Part shown: piece by piece, positions 24,583-37,800 of the stretch | Position numbering within the stretch: position 1 is the stretch's first letter | Layout: each line of letters starts with the position of its first letter | Origin: Bilabrum cf. latius | Lineage: Eukaryota | Length of the DNA: 64,000 nucleotides | Reading direction: 5' to 3' | Assembly (NCBI GenBank): GCA_965178125.1 | Contig: OZ237750.1 | Location: 930,001 to 994,000, forward strand | Notes under the pieces: generated by a model | What the model saw: the letters and a program-made list of their open reading frames with translations, nothing else | Told to the model about the DNA's origin: nothing | The model's database searches: none | Program-made: the position numbers and the translations under genes

Positions 24583-25902
24583 TTACAATTTGGCTACCCT
24601 CCTCTTGATCATGTCCCTAACCTCCAGTCCCGCCACTGTCCTGGCGTGCACCTCGTCGGGCCCGTCCGCGATCCGCAGCGACCGGATCCCAGCGAAGGCC
24701 CTGGCCAGTGGCCCGTCCCCCTCCACGCCCGCCCCCCCGAACACCTGGATCGCCCGGTCGATCACGCGCAGCACCAGCCGGGGCACGGCCACCTTGATCA
24801 GGGCAACCTCCTTCCGGGCCCCCCGCCCGCCCACCGCGTCCACCAGGGCGGCGCACCGCAGCACCAGCAGCCGAGCCGTCTCGAGGTCGATGCGGCTCTC
24901 CGCGATGTCCCGCGCCACCGTGCCGTGCCTCACCAGCCTCTTGCCGAAGGCCTTCCTGCCCAGCGCCCGCCGCACCATCATCTCCAGGGCCCGCTCCCCC
25001 AGCCCCACGGCTCGCATGCAGTGGTGGATCCGGCCCGGGCCCAGCCTGCCCTGCGCGATCTCGAACCCCCTCCCCTCGCCCAGCACCACGGCCTCGGGAC
25101 CGACCGCGACCCCCTCCAGCGCGACCTCTGCGTGTCCCACGGGAGCATCGTCATACCCGAAGGCAGTGAGGGGTCTCACGACTCGGACCCCGCGCGCATC
25201 GGCGGGCACCACCAGGATGCTGTGCTCGCGGTGCCGGGCGCTCGACGGCCCCTGCCCGCCGTCCTGCGCCTGCGCGCCGGCTTGCTCTGCCCCTCCCGAG
25301 CACTTGCCCAGGACAAAGTACACCTTGCAATGCGGGTGCATTGCCCCGGTGGACCACCATTTGCGGCCCGTGACATGGTACCCTCCGCCAGGCTGCCGCC
25401 TGAAGTCTGTGCAGACATTCCTGGCGTCGGAAGAGGCAACGGCGGGCTCCGTCATCAGAAATGCGGATCGGATCTACCCCGCAAGCAATGGCTCTAGCCA
25501 TTTCTTCTTCTGCTCTGCGCTGCCGTATTTGATCAGCACCTCCATGTTGCCGGTATCCGGTGCCGAGCAGTTGCATGCTTCGCTAGCCAGCATGCCGCGT
25601 CCCATCACCTCCGCAAGCGGAGCATATTCTGCATTTGACAAACCGGGGCCTGGCCTGAAATGCTTTGGGAGAAACAGGTTCCAGAGCCCCTCTGCGCGGG
25701 CTAGCGACTTTAGTTGATCAACCACTGGAGGAACGCTTTGAAACCGCCCTCGGCCGGCGTCCTGTTCTTGTCTGATGTACTGTTCGTGCTAAATTTCAGC
25801 CGGAATAGCATGATCATGCACAAACGCCCATAGCTTCTTGCGAAGATCGCGAACACGATCGTTGCGCAAAGGGATACAGTCAATCGGCTCAGGGAGATCC
25901 AT
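24583..25902 (-). CDS. Acyl-CoA dehydrogenase, ACAD10/ACAD11 type, probably peroxisomal
   Basis: Intronless, ATG 25902 to TAA 24585-24583, with two in-frame TAGs (one in [14 protein letters not shown]). Motifs [65 protein letters not shown]-terminus -AKL matches a PTS1 signal. Confidence 0.92.
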
Positions 25903-26117
25903 TCCAAGAAAATACAATCCAGCAGTCTTTAATTCTGATAAATGCCTAACTGCTACCTTGCAAAAATAATTCTAAGTTGATGAATCGAATCTGCACGGCA
26001 CTTGCTCTCGTCACGCGGAGCGCACGGCAGGCATGCTACCGAATCATTCTGCCGCACGACACCCACGTTTTATTTCATTGATGTAGTAAACGCTAAGCTA
26101 CCTCGATTCAAGTACCC

Positions 26118-27053
26118 ATGGACCATTGTGCGGCCTCCGGGCGTCTACGAAAGGCAGTTGCAGCTCACGGCAAACTCCTGAATCGCGTGTGTCGCAAGTC
26201 AAAGAACCAGCACAGGAGTAGCAAGCACTTCATGTGTTTACAGGGAATATCGCGGCTCTGCCGCCGGGTAGCGAGGGTGTGCGACTCTGGAATGCTGGAC
26301 AGGCCGTCACCAAGGGCAAGCCGGTTCCTCGCAGAGTCTATTCACTCCGCCATGCATTTCGCCCAGCCGCTGCTGTCGCTTCTAGGCCAGACCTTCTTTA
26401 TGCGACTAGCACTCATCGGGGTGACCGCGGCCGCAGTGGTCTAGCACGAGTGCAGGCTTGTACTCGATTCGATCGGAAGCTCAGGTTTGCTCCGCGCAGA
26501 TCTGTGCACCAGCAGCCCAGCGTGCGCTGCCAGCGGCGCAGCCATAGCAAGCAGTGCTGCACCATCGGCTTCTTTTGGCGCCACTTTGGCAGAAGCAGCG
26601 CCACCATCACCAGCAAGGATCGGCAGCAAGCGGGCCCGCCCCCCCCAGGCGCGGCTGTCCCCCGCTGGCACTGGCAGCGACGATGACGTGCTCCCAATCC
26701 CAATCCCAGTGGCGGTGGCAGTGGCAGCGGGGGCCAGCGCTGCCGGGATCACTGCAGGCCTTCCCTCTGGTGAAGGACCGGATTTACGAGCAGAGCTCAA
26801 GGTGCAGATGCAGCTGCTGCCGAGCTCCGGGTCCGCTGCCAGTGGTGCTGGCAGCGGTGCAGCGCCTGACATTGGGCGATTGGTCCGTGCCGAGGTGGCA
26901 GGGGGCGGGCAGATAGGCACCGCGGGATCGGGCAAAGCGCCCAAGAAGGCCAAGAAGGCCAAAAAGTAGAAGAAATCGAAATCGAAGTTGAAACCGGTTG
27001 CCAAGGGGGCGAAAGGGAAAACGAGCTTGGACCCACTCGATTTCTGGGGATGA
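26118..27053 (+). CDS. NEPRO/Rmp1-like (DUF4477-type) nucleolar protein, putative
   Basis: One frame from ATG 26118 through TAG 26442 and TAG 26967 to TGA 27051. N-terminal LLNRVCRKSKNQHRSSKHF and LLGQTFFMRLALI resemble the NEPRO/Rmp1 N-terminal domain; Lys-rich tail. Family assignment is by motif recall only. Confidence 0.6.
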
Positions 27054-27230
27054 AGCACCCGCGGCCCACCAGCGCCTAGCCAGACCATCGGACCTCTAAA
27101 TGTGTTGATTTTGAGCGTTGGTGCTTCTCCGAATTGCGAATTCCGTCCACCTTGAAGATCCATGCCACGCATTCGTCACACGCACAGTGCCCACCTCCCG
27201 GAGCCTGTTGGCCGGTGGCACTTATTCGCT

Positions 27231-28094
27231 ATGGAGGACACCAGAAATACCAAGTGGGCCAATGACCAATCTTCATTCGGGTTTAAAATGCTCTCCAAAA
27301 TGGGTTGGTCAAAAGGAAAGGGGCTGGGACGGAAGGAGTAGGGAGATTAGAAGCATGTTGCAGTTTCGCGCAGAGCAGACAAAGTTGGGATTGGTGCGAA
27401 GAATGACGTGACTGGCAACTCAAGCTTCACATCTGGAATCATGAACTTCTAGTCTGTACTCCAGAACCTGGCCAAAGTGCACGGGCCGGTGACCGTGGAA
27501 GAAACTATTGAAGAATCATCCTCGTCCGATTCGGATTCAGACGCTTCTGACGAGGAGTCCAAAAAGGAGAAAAGCAGCAAGAAAGCCGGCAAAGATGATA
27601 AAGGCCACAAGAAGCACCACCATCATCACCATCGCCGACGGGTCACGCACAAAGTAACCAAGTACGTTGATGCAAAGGACGTCGCGTCCTACAAGGCTGA
27701 CGACCTGGCTGCCATTTTTGGCCGAACTGCGGCATTCCCAGTTATCGCTGCGGTGAATTCTGGCTCAAAAGATAGTAGCAGCAGCTCTGCAGCCGTTGGT
27801 GGCGCTCCTGTGGCGGGGCGTGCCTTTGGACGAGCATCTGCAGAGAGCAGTGGCGAAGCGAGCGAAGCCGGCGGTGCCGAGGCTCGCCGCGCTGGCGACG
27901 CCACCGCGGCTCTTGGATCGAAACGAGGGAGGGATCCATCGGACGAAGGCTCCCACCCCGGGCTTGGATTGGATAGCGGGGGTGACGGGGGTGACAGACC
28001 GCAGAAACGGAGCAAGAAAGAGAAGAAGTCAGGCAAGAAGGCAAGGAAGGCAAAGAAATCCAAGTCTGCAAAAGAATTGAAACGAGAGAAATGA
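27231..28094 (+). CDS. PINX1: PinX1/Gno1(Pxr1)-like G-patch ribosome biogenesis protein
   Basis: ATG 27231 gives MEDTRNTKWANDQSSFGFKMLSKMGWSKGKGLGRKE*GD*KHVAVSRRADKVGIGA, a G-patch closely matching PinX1. Lys-rich C-terminus; three in-frame TAGs; ends at TGA 28092. Confidence 0.85.
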
Positions 28095-28264
28095 TAGCGT
28101 TCGTGCTTGTTTTGTGATATGCTGCGACCACCTTATTGTCGTCGCCGCCTTGCGACTACCAAGTAACGTGCGAAATCAATATTTCCGTTGCTGCCGCATC
28201 GAATTGCAGTGCAGCTGCACGCCCAAATTCCGATAGAAAACCGCCGCTTATCCCGCGGCCTGTC

Positions 28265-31200
28265 ATGAATTATGGCGGTACTTTCGGTGGCTCATAGGAT
28301 GCTAGCGGTATGATGGGCGCTCCAGCCCCGGGAATGGGGGGGTATGGTATGTACGGTGTCCCAGCGCAGGGAGGAATGATGCAGAACGGCCAATTCACGT
28401 AGACTGGACCCATGGGTTCCCCAGGCTATGGGATGGGAATGGGGGGCGTTCCCCCGAGAACGCCAATGTCAGTCAGTAATGATTTCGATTAGAGGAGCGC
28501 AATCGGCCCAGCCAGAAGCGTGGCTTCAGCAAAGTCTCGTGCAAGCCGCGGCAGCGCTCGCTCCCGCACTTCCACCGAAATGGACGCGAGAGCCAAGCGC
28601 AGGGCCGAGAAGCTGGCGGCAACGGGGGCTCGAAGACTCAACAGCGCCAAGTTGTCGGACGGCGCGTGGAAAGGAGTGGGGTACGCAAAGAATGATCGCC
28701 CCGGGACTGCGCTGACGGCGCGATCGAAGCATAGTCACACAGGGGGTTCAGTAGCATCTGGCAGATCGAAGAAATCTGGGGTAAATTTAAACGTTGGTGC
28801 GAATCCGAAGTATGGCACCCGGCGCAGGGATGACAAAGATGCCGGCGTGGGGCTGCACGGTCTCCAAGGCGAACTCAAGCAAGACGCTGGCCGCCGCCGA
28901 GTGCGCAAGGTTCTGGCGCGGCAGCAGCTCTCCCACGAGGAAGACAGAATCGACTGTGAGTTTCGCCCTCCTGCTGTGTCTGCCTGAACCTGCCTCCTCC
29001 CCCAGCCCCCTCCCTGCTTGGCCGCGGCCACCAGCGCAAGCACCGGGCTCCCGCGCCAGCGCCAATGCATCATCACGCACACGCACGCGGCCATGATGCC
29101 AGCTCCTGGTTTGCTTGCTTCCCCGTCGCAGTCAAGTCGCTGGACTACACCCCCATCACGACCCGCAAGCCTGTGGACATGCGATACCCCCTGCGCCTCC
29201 GCCGGCAGGGGCTCCACATAGAGCTGGCCATCTGCGTGACAGTCCCGGGCCACGACGAGGGAGCGGGCAAGCGGCTACGGAAGACCTTGCGAGCCGTCGC
29301 AGCCGAGCTGACGCTCATCTAGGCCCGGTCCTCCATCCCCTGGGCCGAAATCGCAGTCTGCGTGATTGTGGACGGGCGCGCGAGGATGAGCCGTGACCTG
29401 GCTGACTTGGCCTCTAGGGAACTAAGGGTCTTCGATGCCTCCATGCTGGAGCTGAGGTATGCGGGGAGCGACACCACCATGCACGTGTTCGAGAGGTCCG
29501 TGGAGCTGCCACGGCACACCGCCGCGCGCGAGTACTTTCCTCCGCTGCAGCTGATCTTCGGGGTCAAGGAGCACGGTGGGGGGCAGTTGCACTCGCTCCT
29601 GTGGTTCTACACGGGCTTCTGCAAGCAGCTGCAGCCCACGTACTGCATGGTGCTCGAGTCGGGCGTGGTGCCCCGCCCCGGATGCATCTCGCGCCTGGTG
29701 CTGGCCATGGACTTTGACCCGCAGGTCGGCGGGGTCACGCCCGAGCTGGCCGTGCAGGACTTCGAGCCGTGGTCGGGCTGGCACTGGCTGCAGTTCTTCG
29801 CGTACAAGTACCAGGCCGCCTTCGAGCAGCCCATGGAGTCCATCATTGGGTTCGTGCCCCGCGTGCCCAACGCGTGCGCGGCCTGGCGCTGGATGGCCAT
29901 CCGGGGAGAACCCCTGGCCACCATCCTGTGGGCGGAGGAGCGGGCGGACAAGCTGGGGCCGGGGGAGTCGCAGGCGTTGCTCGGGTATGACCGCACGCTC
30001 CCGCTCGAGGTGATGACGAAGAAGGCGAGGCGCTGGAAGGTGCAGTTCGAGTCGCTCGCGGTGGCAGACGTACCGTGCCCCGACTCGCTGCCAGACCTCA
30101 TGGAGGAGGAGCGCAAGAAGATCAACGGGCAAATCTACGCGGACGCGAAGTACTTTGTCACGTGCCCCGAGCACCTGTGCTGCCGGTCCAACCACACCAT
30201 CTGCCGGAAGTGCTGCTTCAGCTGCCAGTACGTGGAGCGAGCGATGACCAGCACGCTGCGGTTCCTCTTCCCCGCCAACCTCTTCCTGGCCTACTCCATC
30301 CTGATGACCATCGCGCTGGAGAGCGTGCCCGACATCGGCGAGACCCTCGGGTTCGTGTTCACCACCGGTTTCTTATTCCTGGTGGTGCTGCAGGTCTTCT
30401 TGGGACTGGGGGCGTACAAGGCGCACTCGGTAGCGATGGTCTACTACGTGTCGGCGCTGCTGTTCGTCGTCCTCATGGTCGTCTTTCTCTCGCTATCCGT
30501 CTACTTGGCCAACTAGAACGGGCTGTCCGACATCGTCTTCTACGCCGGGCTTGCCGGCGCTGGGCTGTACCTCCTGTGCGCGATCCTGATGATGCAGCCC
30601 GTGTCCGTTGTGACCTCGAGCATCGTGGCAGCCTTCATGGCTCCCATCATCACCGTCATGATGCCGGTGTACGCCATCTCCAAGCTATCGCTCACCGCTG
30701 CGGACACTGTGAGGGAGGAGCGCCTGGCATTCGATCTCGCCAGGCCGGAGCAGCAGCTGGCCCAGCGCCGGGAGTCCATGAAGGCCGCGGTGGTGAGGCA
30801 CCTGGCCACGGGGGAGGGCGGGGTGGACATTCATGCGGCTCTCGCAGAGATCAAGCAGGCCCACGCAGATGTAGACACGCACTCTGCGGCTGGATCGGGG
30901 TCACAGTCGGGGTCTGTGACCGGCCCGGGAGGCGCTCACGGTGGCAAGCGGGCCAGCGTGGGCGGGATGTCGATCCAGGACGAGGTAGATGACGCCCGCA
31001 GCGAGGCTCCGGCGGGGCGAAGGGCCTCGATGGAGCCGCCCGCTGACGCGGATGGCGTCGCCGTTGCCTCTGGCGGCTCTGCGAGCGAGCAGGAGCAGGA
31101 GCAGGAGCAGGAGGAGTCTAAGCGGGAGGCATCTGGTGACAGCGGCCCCGGAGAGGACCTCGGCAAGGGTGCAGCGCACGAAGCTGCCGGCCCAGCGCCT

Positions 31201-33453
31201 GCACCCGAGCCAGGGCATCAGCCGCACTCATCAGATGCCGCGGGTCGCAGCACCCCCAGCCAGTTCCGGGTGGAGGACCTGGTCGTGGAGGCTGCGTCGG
31301 AGGTCGAGCTGCAGTCGAAGCGGGACCGCGGGTCCGTGCGCGGCCCGGCGAAGAAGAGGAGGGGGAGCTTCAGCTCGCAGGCCTCCGGAGCCAGCAAGGC
31401 GCAGTCCGTGGCCATGTCGATTCAGAGCGGGACCATGGCGCGCATCGACACCAAGCGAGGGCAACTTCGCTCGCGTACGATGGGGCGGAAGGCCTCTGGG
31501 AAGAAGAGCAAGGACCAGACGATCGCGCAGCTTTCCAAGGGTAAGAAGCAGCCGAAGCTGGTGCTGAAGGACGAAAAGGGCAAGTCAGCGAGCTTGCCAG
31601 CAGACGTGGGATTCGTGATTCGAGAGTGCAGGTCCGGCGTGCAGAGGGGCCACCAGGCCGTCCTCAACGCGCTGAGGCGAGAGGGGGATCGCGTGCTGGC
31701 GGTCAACAAGAAGGCGCAGGCGCTCCAGCAGGAGAAACGGGAGGACTACTCGGCCTTCCGCACGCGCACCATTGCGCTGTACCTGGCCGTCAACTACCTG
31801 TGGGTCAGCGTCATCCAGTACTTTGGCCTCACGGGGCTCTATGCGGCAGTGGCGGCGTCTGCCATCACGTTCTACATCCTCACTCGGTTCCTGGGAGTGC
31901 TACTGTACACGATCCAGGTCGTGTTCCTCAACACATGCCTGGACAGCTGCGCTGCTGTTTGTTGCTGCTGCAAGCCATGCCGCATGCTGGGGAGGGCCTG
32001 CGGCAGGACCCTGTGCGCGTGCTGCTACCGATGCGCGGGACCCGAGCCGGCGGATGCGGGCGGGCCAGTCCCGCATGGCGCCAGCAACCCAGCCACGATC
32101 AAGGCAGGCAAGAGCGGCCAAGCGGACGGTGACGAAGGGAGTGACGGTGACGGTGATGGCGGCCGGTCTCCGGGCGGGGCCGAGTCCAAGAACGCGCCGG
32201 CTGCTGGGCGCAGGCGCAGGCGAGCCAGTGTCGTCGACTTTGGTGGGGACGGCTTCGCGACGCACGTGCAAGACGTGGAAGAGCCCGACTAGGACGAGAA
32301 GGCAGCCCAATTCATGGACGCGCACGAGGGCGCCAGCGCCGACGCGGCGGAGGGCGAGGACGTCGGGTAGCGAAGGGACAAGAGATCGAGATCAGTCGTG
32401 GTTCCAGCCGCCATCGCCACCGCTGCAGCCAAGCTCAAGCGAAAAAGCGCGGCGGCTGCGACCAACCGGCGGCGCAACATGCGGCGCAGCGTGTCTGGTA
32501 CTGCGCTTGAATGGCTGGACCATTTCAAGCGAGGCACCCCGGTGGGAGGGGCTGCGCGACAGCCTGGCGAGCGCGGCAGTGAGCTTGTGGATGCGTTTGG
32601 CAACCCGATCGAGTACGAGGAGAACGAGGATTTGAGTGGCGGGGCGAGCAAGAAAAGGTCGCACGGCAAGCGCAGATCTGACGGCGGTAAGTCGAGCGGG
32701 AAGCGATCGAGCGTGGGAAAGTTGGGCGACAAGGACAACGTAAAGGCGACCAGCCACCAGCCTTTTGCCGGTGGAGCAGGTGACGAGGCAGCACAGGGTG
32801 GGGCCAGCAAGGGCACGAACGAGACGCGGTCTGCAACATCTGCCTCCACGTCGTCGGGAGCGGTGCTCCAGCCCCGCACCACTGTGCCCCTCAAGGGCAA
32901 GACGTACAAGTTGTCAGACCCGAGTGCCATGCCCCACACGATCGGCGAGGAGGAGGAGGGCGAGGAGGACGAGGACGATGATGCCAGGAGCCGGCCCACC
33001 ACGGGTGGCAACGACGACGACGCCGTGGTGGCCGCTGTCATGTCCTCGGGGTACAGAGGGGCCAGGGGTTCGACGGAACCGGGGGCAGGGAGCAGCGGCG
33101 CCGCGGCCGCTGGGGCCGTGTCGTCGTGGGCCGCGGATGTTGCCCAGGCAGCAACCCGGGGGGATGATGGAGACGACGGAGAGGTGTTGGTCAGCGAGTC
33201 AGGGTCACCGGGCGGCCGAGGCGCCAGAGAGATCAGCGGGGCAGTTAGGCGGGGTGGGGACGCAGTGGGTCTCGTGTCCGAGGACGTGTCCGGGGACGCG
33301 GATCTTGACGCGGAGCTTGCGCGCCTGCAGAGGGCGAGCGAAGTGCAGGTGAGCGCAGCCCGAATCGCAGTTGCGGGCAGCGACGCGGACGGAGGGGAGG
33401 GCAGCGGCGGTGCTGCACCAACACCGAGCGGGCTGCCAGACGGGGGCTGGTGA
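28265..33453 (+). CDS. Chitin synthase-like paralogue with degenerate catalytic motifs
   Basis: ATG 28265, intron 28956-29131, then one frame with TAGs at 29320, 30514, 32290 and 32368 to TGA 33451. Colinear with the upstream chitin synthase (LDYTP, ICVT, VCVIVDGR, MHVFERSV, PLQLIFGVKE, WFYTGFCKQLQP, DPQVGGV, RWMAIRGEPL, FRTRT). Confidence 0.85.
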
Positions 33454-33658
33454 TTCTGCTCGGTGTGGTGCTTCATAGGCACCAATGGGGCACCCCCGGT
33501 GGTTGCGCTCGCCCGACATGTGTTGCGTGGTTTGCATGTAGTTGAATGTTTTACAAAAAGTCCCGAGTGAGTATGACAGAAGCACACGTAGCGCTCGCTC
33601 GCCTAGAATCAACAGGATGCATTCGATACGATCGCGACACACGCTCCATCGGCGAAGC

Positions 33659-34651
33659 TTAGAGCTGCAGCACCGTCCTGTCTCCTTGATTGGAACCACT
33701 CCGTGCCCCTCGGCTGCCTCTCTCGCTGCCCTTTGCCCCCCTCTGCTGCTGCTCGCTGCTTGAGTGCCCAAACCCGAAGATTGCGTCCGTTGCCGTGGTC
33801 AGAGCAGCTGCCACCAGCATGGGCGGGGCCATGACCACGTCCAGGATGCCGCCCTCGTCGTCGTCATCATCATCATCTTCTTCGTCCTCTTCCTCATAGC
33901 CTTCGCCTCCCTACTCGGGAACGGCGGCGGTGCTGCTGCTGCTCCCACCGCTGGCAGCCCCGCTCGGCTGGCCTGCGGCCGTGCCGTTGGTGCCAGCCGC
34001 CGCCGAGGCGCCTGCCCTCGGCAAGGTCGGGGCAGCCGGTGTAGCCGCGCTGCTAGACCCTCCGGTACTTTGATTCTCTCCTTCTGCTGCGCGCCCACCC
34101 AGGGCGGCTCGGTGCTGGGCCAGCGCAGAGGACCCCTGGAACGTGGGGGAGCCGACGGGGTCTCTGCTCGCTCGGTCGCCCGTAGGCCCGGCCGAATCGG
34201 CCATCGCATCCTGCTATGCCTGTACTGCTGTGGCCTCCGCTTCGGTACCTTTCGATCCCGATACCACATCAATTCCGGATGCTGCAGCAGTGCGTGCTAA
34301 CTCATAAAACGCCTTGCGCATTGCTCGGAGCGCCCGCGACGAAGTTTCAGATTCTCTTACAGCTGATTCCCCCGCCTCCGTGTTCTAATACTATTCTGCT
34401 TGCTCCTGCACTGCTAGGCTCAGCCTAGCCTTGTCCTCTGCGAGCTAAGTCTTTTCCAGGTTAGCACGGTCCAGCTCAGCACTTATCTCGGACAAGCGCT
34501 CAGACAAGCCAGCTACCTGTCGCCGAAGCGTCTTGGCGTACTCCTGCAGATCAGTGTTATCTTCTGCCAGTGCTTCTAGTGATCCCTTCAGCTTTGCTAT
34601 CAATTTCGACTGAGCTTCGAGCTTGAACGTGTCACCGTCAGCCTGTGCCAT
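33659..34651 (-). CDS. Hypothetical protein (~330 aa) with N-terminal coiled coil and acidic tract
   Basis: ATG 34651. The ORFs 34445-34651 and 33911-34204 are in one frame and join through five TAGs; the frame ends at TAA 33661-33659. No recognisable family. Confidence 0.65.
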
Positions 34652-34873
34652 TTCAATAGAGCGGTATTCTGCAATCCTGAAAGCTTTCTATCAACTTGAT
34701 CGGCGGGTTCAATAGGTCAAATGCGTTGTGCAGATTGTAGAACACTTGAACGAGACGTTTTCTGTCTCTTCCATGTTTCTTATTTAACATTTTGTAAGGT
34801 GCTATGTCGGGACGGAGGCTACGTTATTACGCGTAGCGTCATAGGGCAAGTTTTATCGCTGAACTTTCCCAGC

Positions 34874-37800
34874 ATGCTCGTGTTTGCATCGCTCCTACTT
34901 GCGATATGTGCGTTGGCATCTTCGCCGGCTGTACAGCGCCTCCGTGTTGAGTACTTGACGGAAGATCAAGCAACGGCAGTCGAAACGGCAACTCCCAGGT
35001 TCAGCTGGGGCATGGCGCACGCTGAGCGGTCCTAGAAGCAGACAGCGTATCAAGTTGATGTTGTTCATGCTGGCTAGACTGTTTGGAGCAGTGGTAAGGT
35101 TGCTTCAAACGACTCACTGAATGTGAAATGTGGCGCCTCCCTGGAAGCGGATTCGACCTACAACACGACTGTGACCGTGTGGGACTCCAATGGAACCCCT
35201 TCCGATCCAGCAAACATCGTATTTTCGACATCTCTGCTCTCCTCAACTGTCGATCCAGCGTGGAGGTGAGCATCCGGTTCATGTTTAGCTTCCTGCGATC
35301 TTTCGAGTTGCAATGCAACCTTCTGAACTAATCCATTCAAAACGTGCGCAGCGGGGCCCAGTGGGTGGCAGGAGACCCGAATAACCTTCTGAGGGCGCAT
35401 TTCTCTATGCCCAAGACCTCCGGGCCGGTCACCCGCGCTCGCCTGTTCATCTCAGGTCTCGGGTACTACAAGGCCTGGATCAACGGCGACAAGGCCGACA
35501 ACCACGAGCTCGGCAGCTTCACGACGTTCGAGGAGCGCGTCTTGTACGACCACGTGGACATCACAAAGCAGATCCACGGCGAGGGCGCCGTGAACACGAT
35601 CGGGGTACAGCTGGGGCACGGCTGGTACGCACAGCCCTCTGTGAACGTAGGCCCCAGGCAGCTATTGACCATGATCAAGGTCACTTGCCAAGACGGCAAC
35701 ACGTACGTGTTCGCGTCGGCTGCTCCCGGCTCCTCCGGGCGCGCTGCACCGTGGGATGGCACCGCCCGCTCCCGGCTCGCAGTGGGCTCTCCCATGCCCG
35801 TGGGCCGCGAGGGCGCCAGCGGGACCCCGCTTCCTTTCGAGTCGGCTCCGGGGCCGGTGACGAGCGACGACATCTATCTGGGCGAGGCGTACGACGCGCG
35901 ACTGCTCCCGGATGGGTGGGCGGGGAGCCCCGAGCCCAGCACCGAGGTGCCTTCCGGCGAGGGGTACCAGCCCGCTGTGCTGTCCGCTGGGCAGGTGGGG
36001 GCCATGGCGGCCCGCCAGGTGCAGATCTACAGGGACAATTCCTACAGCCCGCGGTACATCAGCGAGCCGTACGACGGCGTGTTCGTGGCTGACATGGAGC
36101 AGAACATGGCCGGCATCTGCACCATCCGCGTGCAAGGGCAGGCCGGGCAGACCGTGCACATGCAGCACGCCGAAATCATGAACACGGACGGGACCATCCA
36201 CGACGTGTACCGCAACGCGCCCATGTGGGCCAACTACACGCTCAAGGGGAGCCCTGGCGGGGAGGTGTACACCCCCCAGTTCACTTACTTTGGGTTCCGA
36301 TACGTGCAGATCACCGGCATGCTGGTGCCACCCCAGCCCGAGGACATCGTGTGCCACTTCATCCACTCCGACACGTCCCGCGGGTCCGCGTCAGCGTTCG
36401 AGTCGTCCAGCAGCATGCTGAACGCCATCCAGCAGGCGACTCGCTTTGCTTCCCTGAGCAACCAGATGGACGTGTTCAGCGACTGCCCGCAGAGGGAGCG
36501 GAGGCAGTGGCTGGGCGACATGCAGCTCTCCTGCGAGACCGTGCTGCACAACTTCGACGTCGGTGCGCAGTACACCAAGGGTATCATGGACATCGCGGAC
36601 GGGCAGAGGCACTACGAAGCCAACTTCGGCGGGAATGGCAGCATCGCCGACTGCGTCCCGTGGTACAAGCACGGCCGGCTCCCTGCGGATCCGGCGTGGA
36701 GCGTGGCCTTCCCCCTGATCACTCGGTGGGTCTCTCGCTGGTTTGACGACGAGGACCTCGTCTCGGAGCACTACGAGGGCATCAAAAAGTACGTCGACTT
36801 CGAGGTCAACCAAGCACAGGGATACAAGGCCAAGGGCGGCAACGGGATCGACCTCCCGTCGACCTACGGCGACTGGTGCCCCCCCGGGCACGGCTGTTCC
36901 AACAAGTACGAGGATCTCACGTCGTTCTACTTCATCGAGGGCGTAGACGTGGTGGCGCAGTTCGCAGGAGTCCTGGGCAAGGACGACGACCAGGCGCACT
37001 ACTCGCAGCTCGCGGCTTCACTGCGCCAGCAGTACAAGTCAACCTACGCCATCCCCAACTCGGCCGCGGCCAACGGAGGCGTGCAGCTCTATGGGAAGGG
37101 TGATCAGTTCTCGCAGATGCTGGCCGTGGCCTCGGGCGTCGTGACAGGCGCAGACGCGGACGCGCTGGTGGACTGGATCATCGCCAACATCACCTCGGAT
37201 TCCGCGCGCGTGCCCCACCACATCGAGGGCGGCATCGTGTTCGTGAAGCTGCTGTGGCCCCTGCTGAGCGCCAGGGGGGCGACGGACCTGGCCCTCGGCC
37301 TGCAGACTAACCAGACGGGCCCTTCGTACGGAGAGATGATCAACCAGACCGCCACGACGCTGTGGGAGTCCTGGGACATGGACGAGTTCAATGGGGGGGC
37401 CTCCCGCAACCACGTGAGCTTGTGCTTGTCCTGCGTCCATCACATGCTGATGATGTGCTTGCACCAGACTGATCTCGTTCATCCTATCCTTCCGTTGTCA
37501 ATGTGTTCCTAGCTTTCCTGCGTGCTAAGAGAGGTGCTCTTTTATGCTCTGCTTGACGTCTTGCTCTCCTGCAGATCATGTACGGAGGCCAGGGCTCGTG
37601 GTACTACAGCAACCTGGCAGGCATCCAGAGGCCGGAGGGAGCTGCCGACTGGTCCACCATCCTTATCAAGCCCGACCGCAGCAAGACACTGGGCTACGTG
37701 CAGGCGCGGCTCGACACTCCCGCGGGCCCGGTGGAGACGCACGTGCAGCAGGGTGAGCAGGGCGTGTGCGCCGCCGGCCCCGAGCACGCTAACCTGACCC

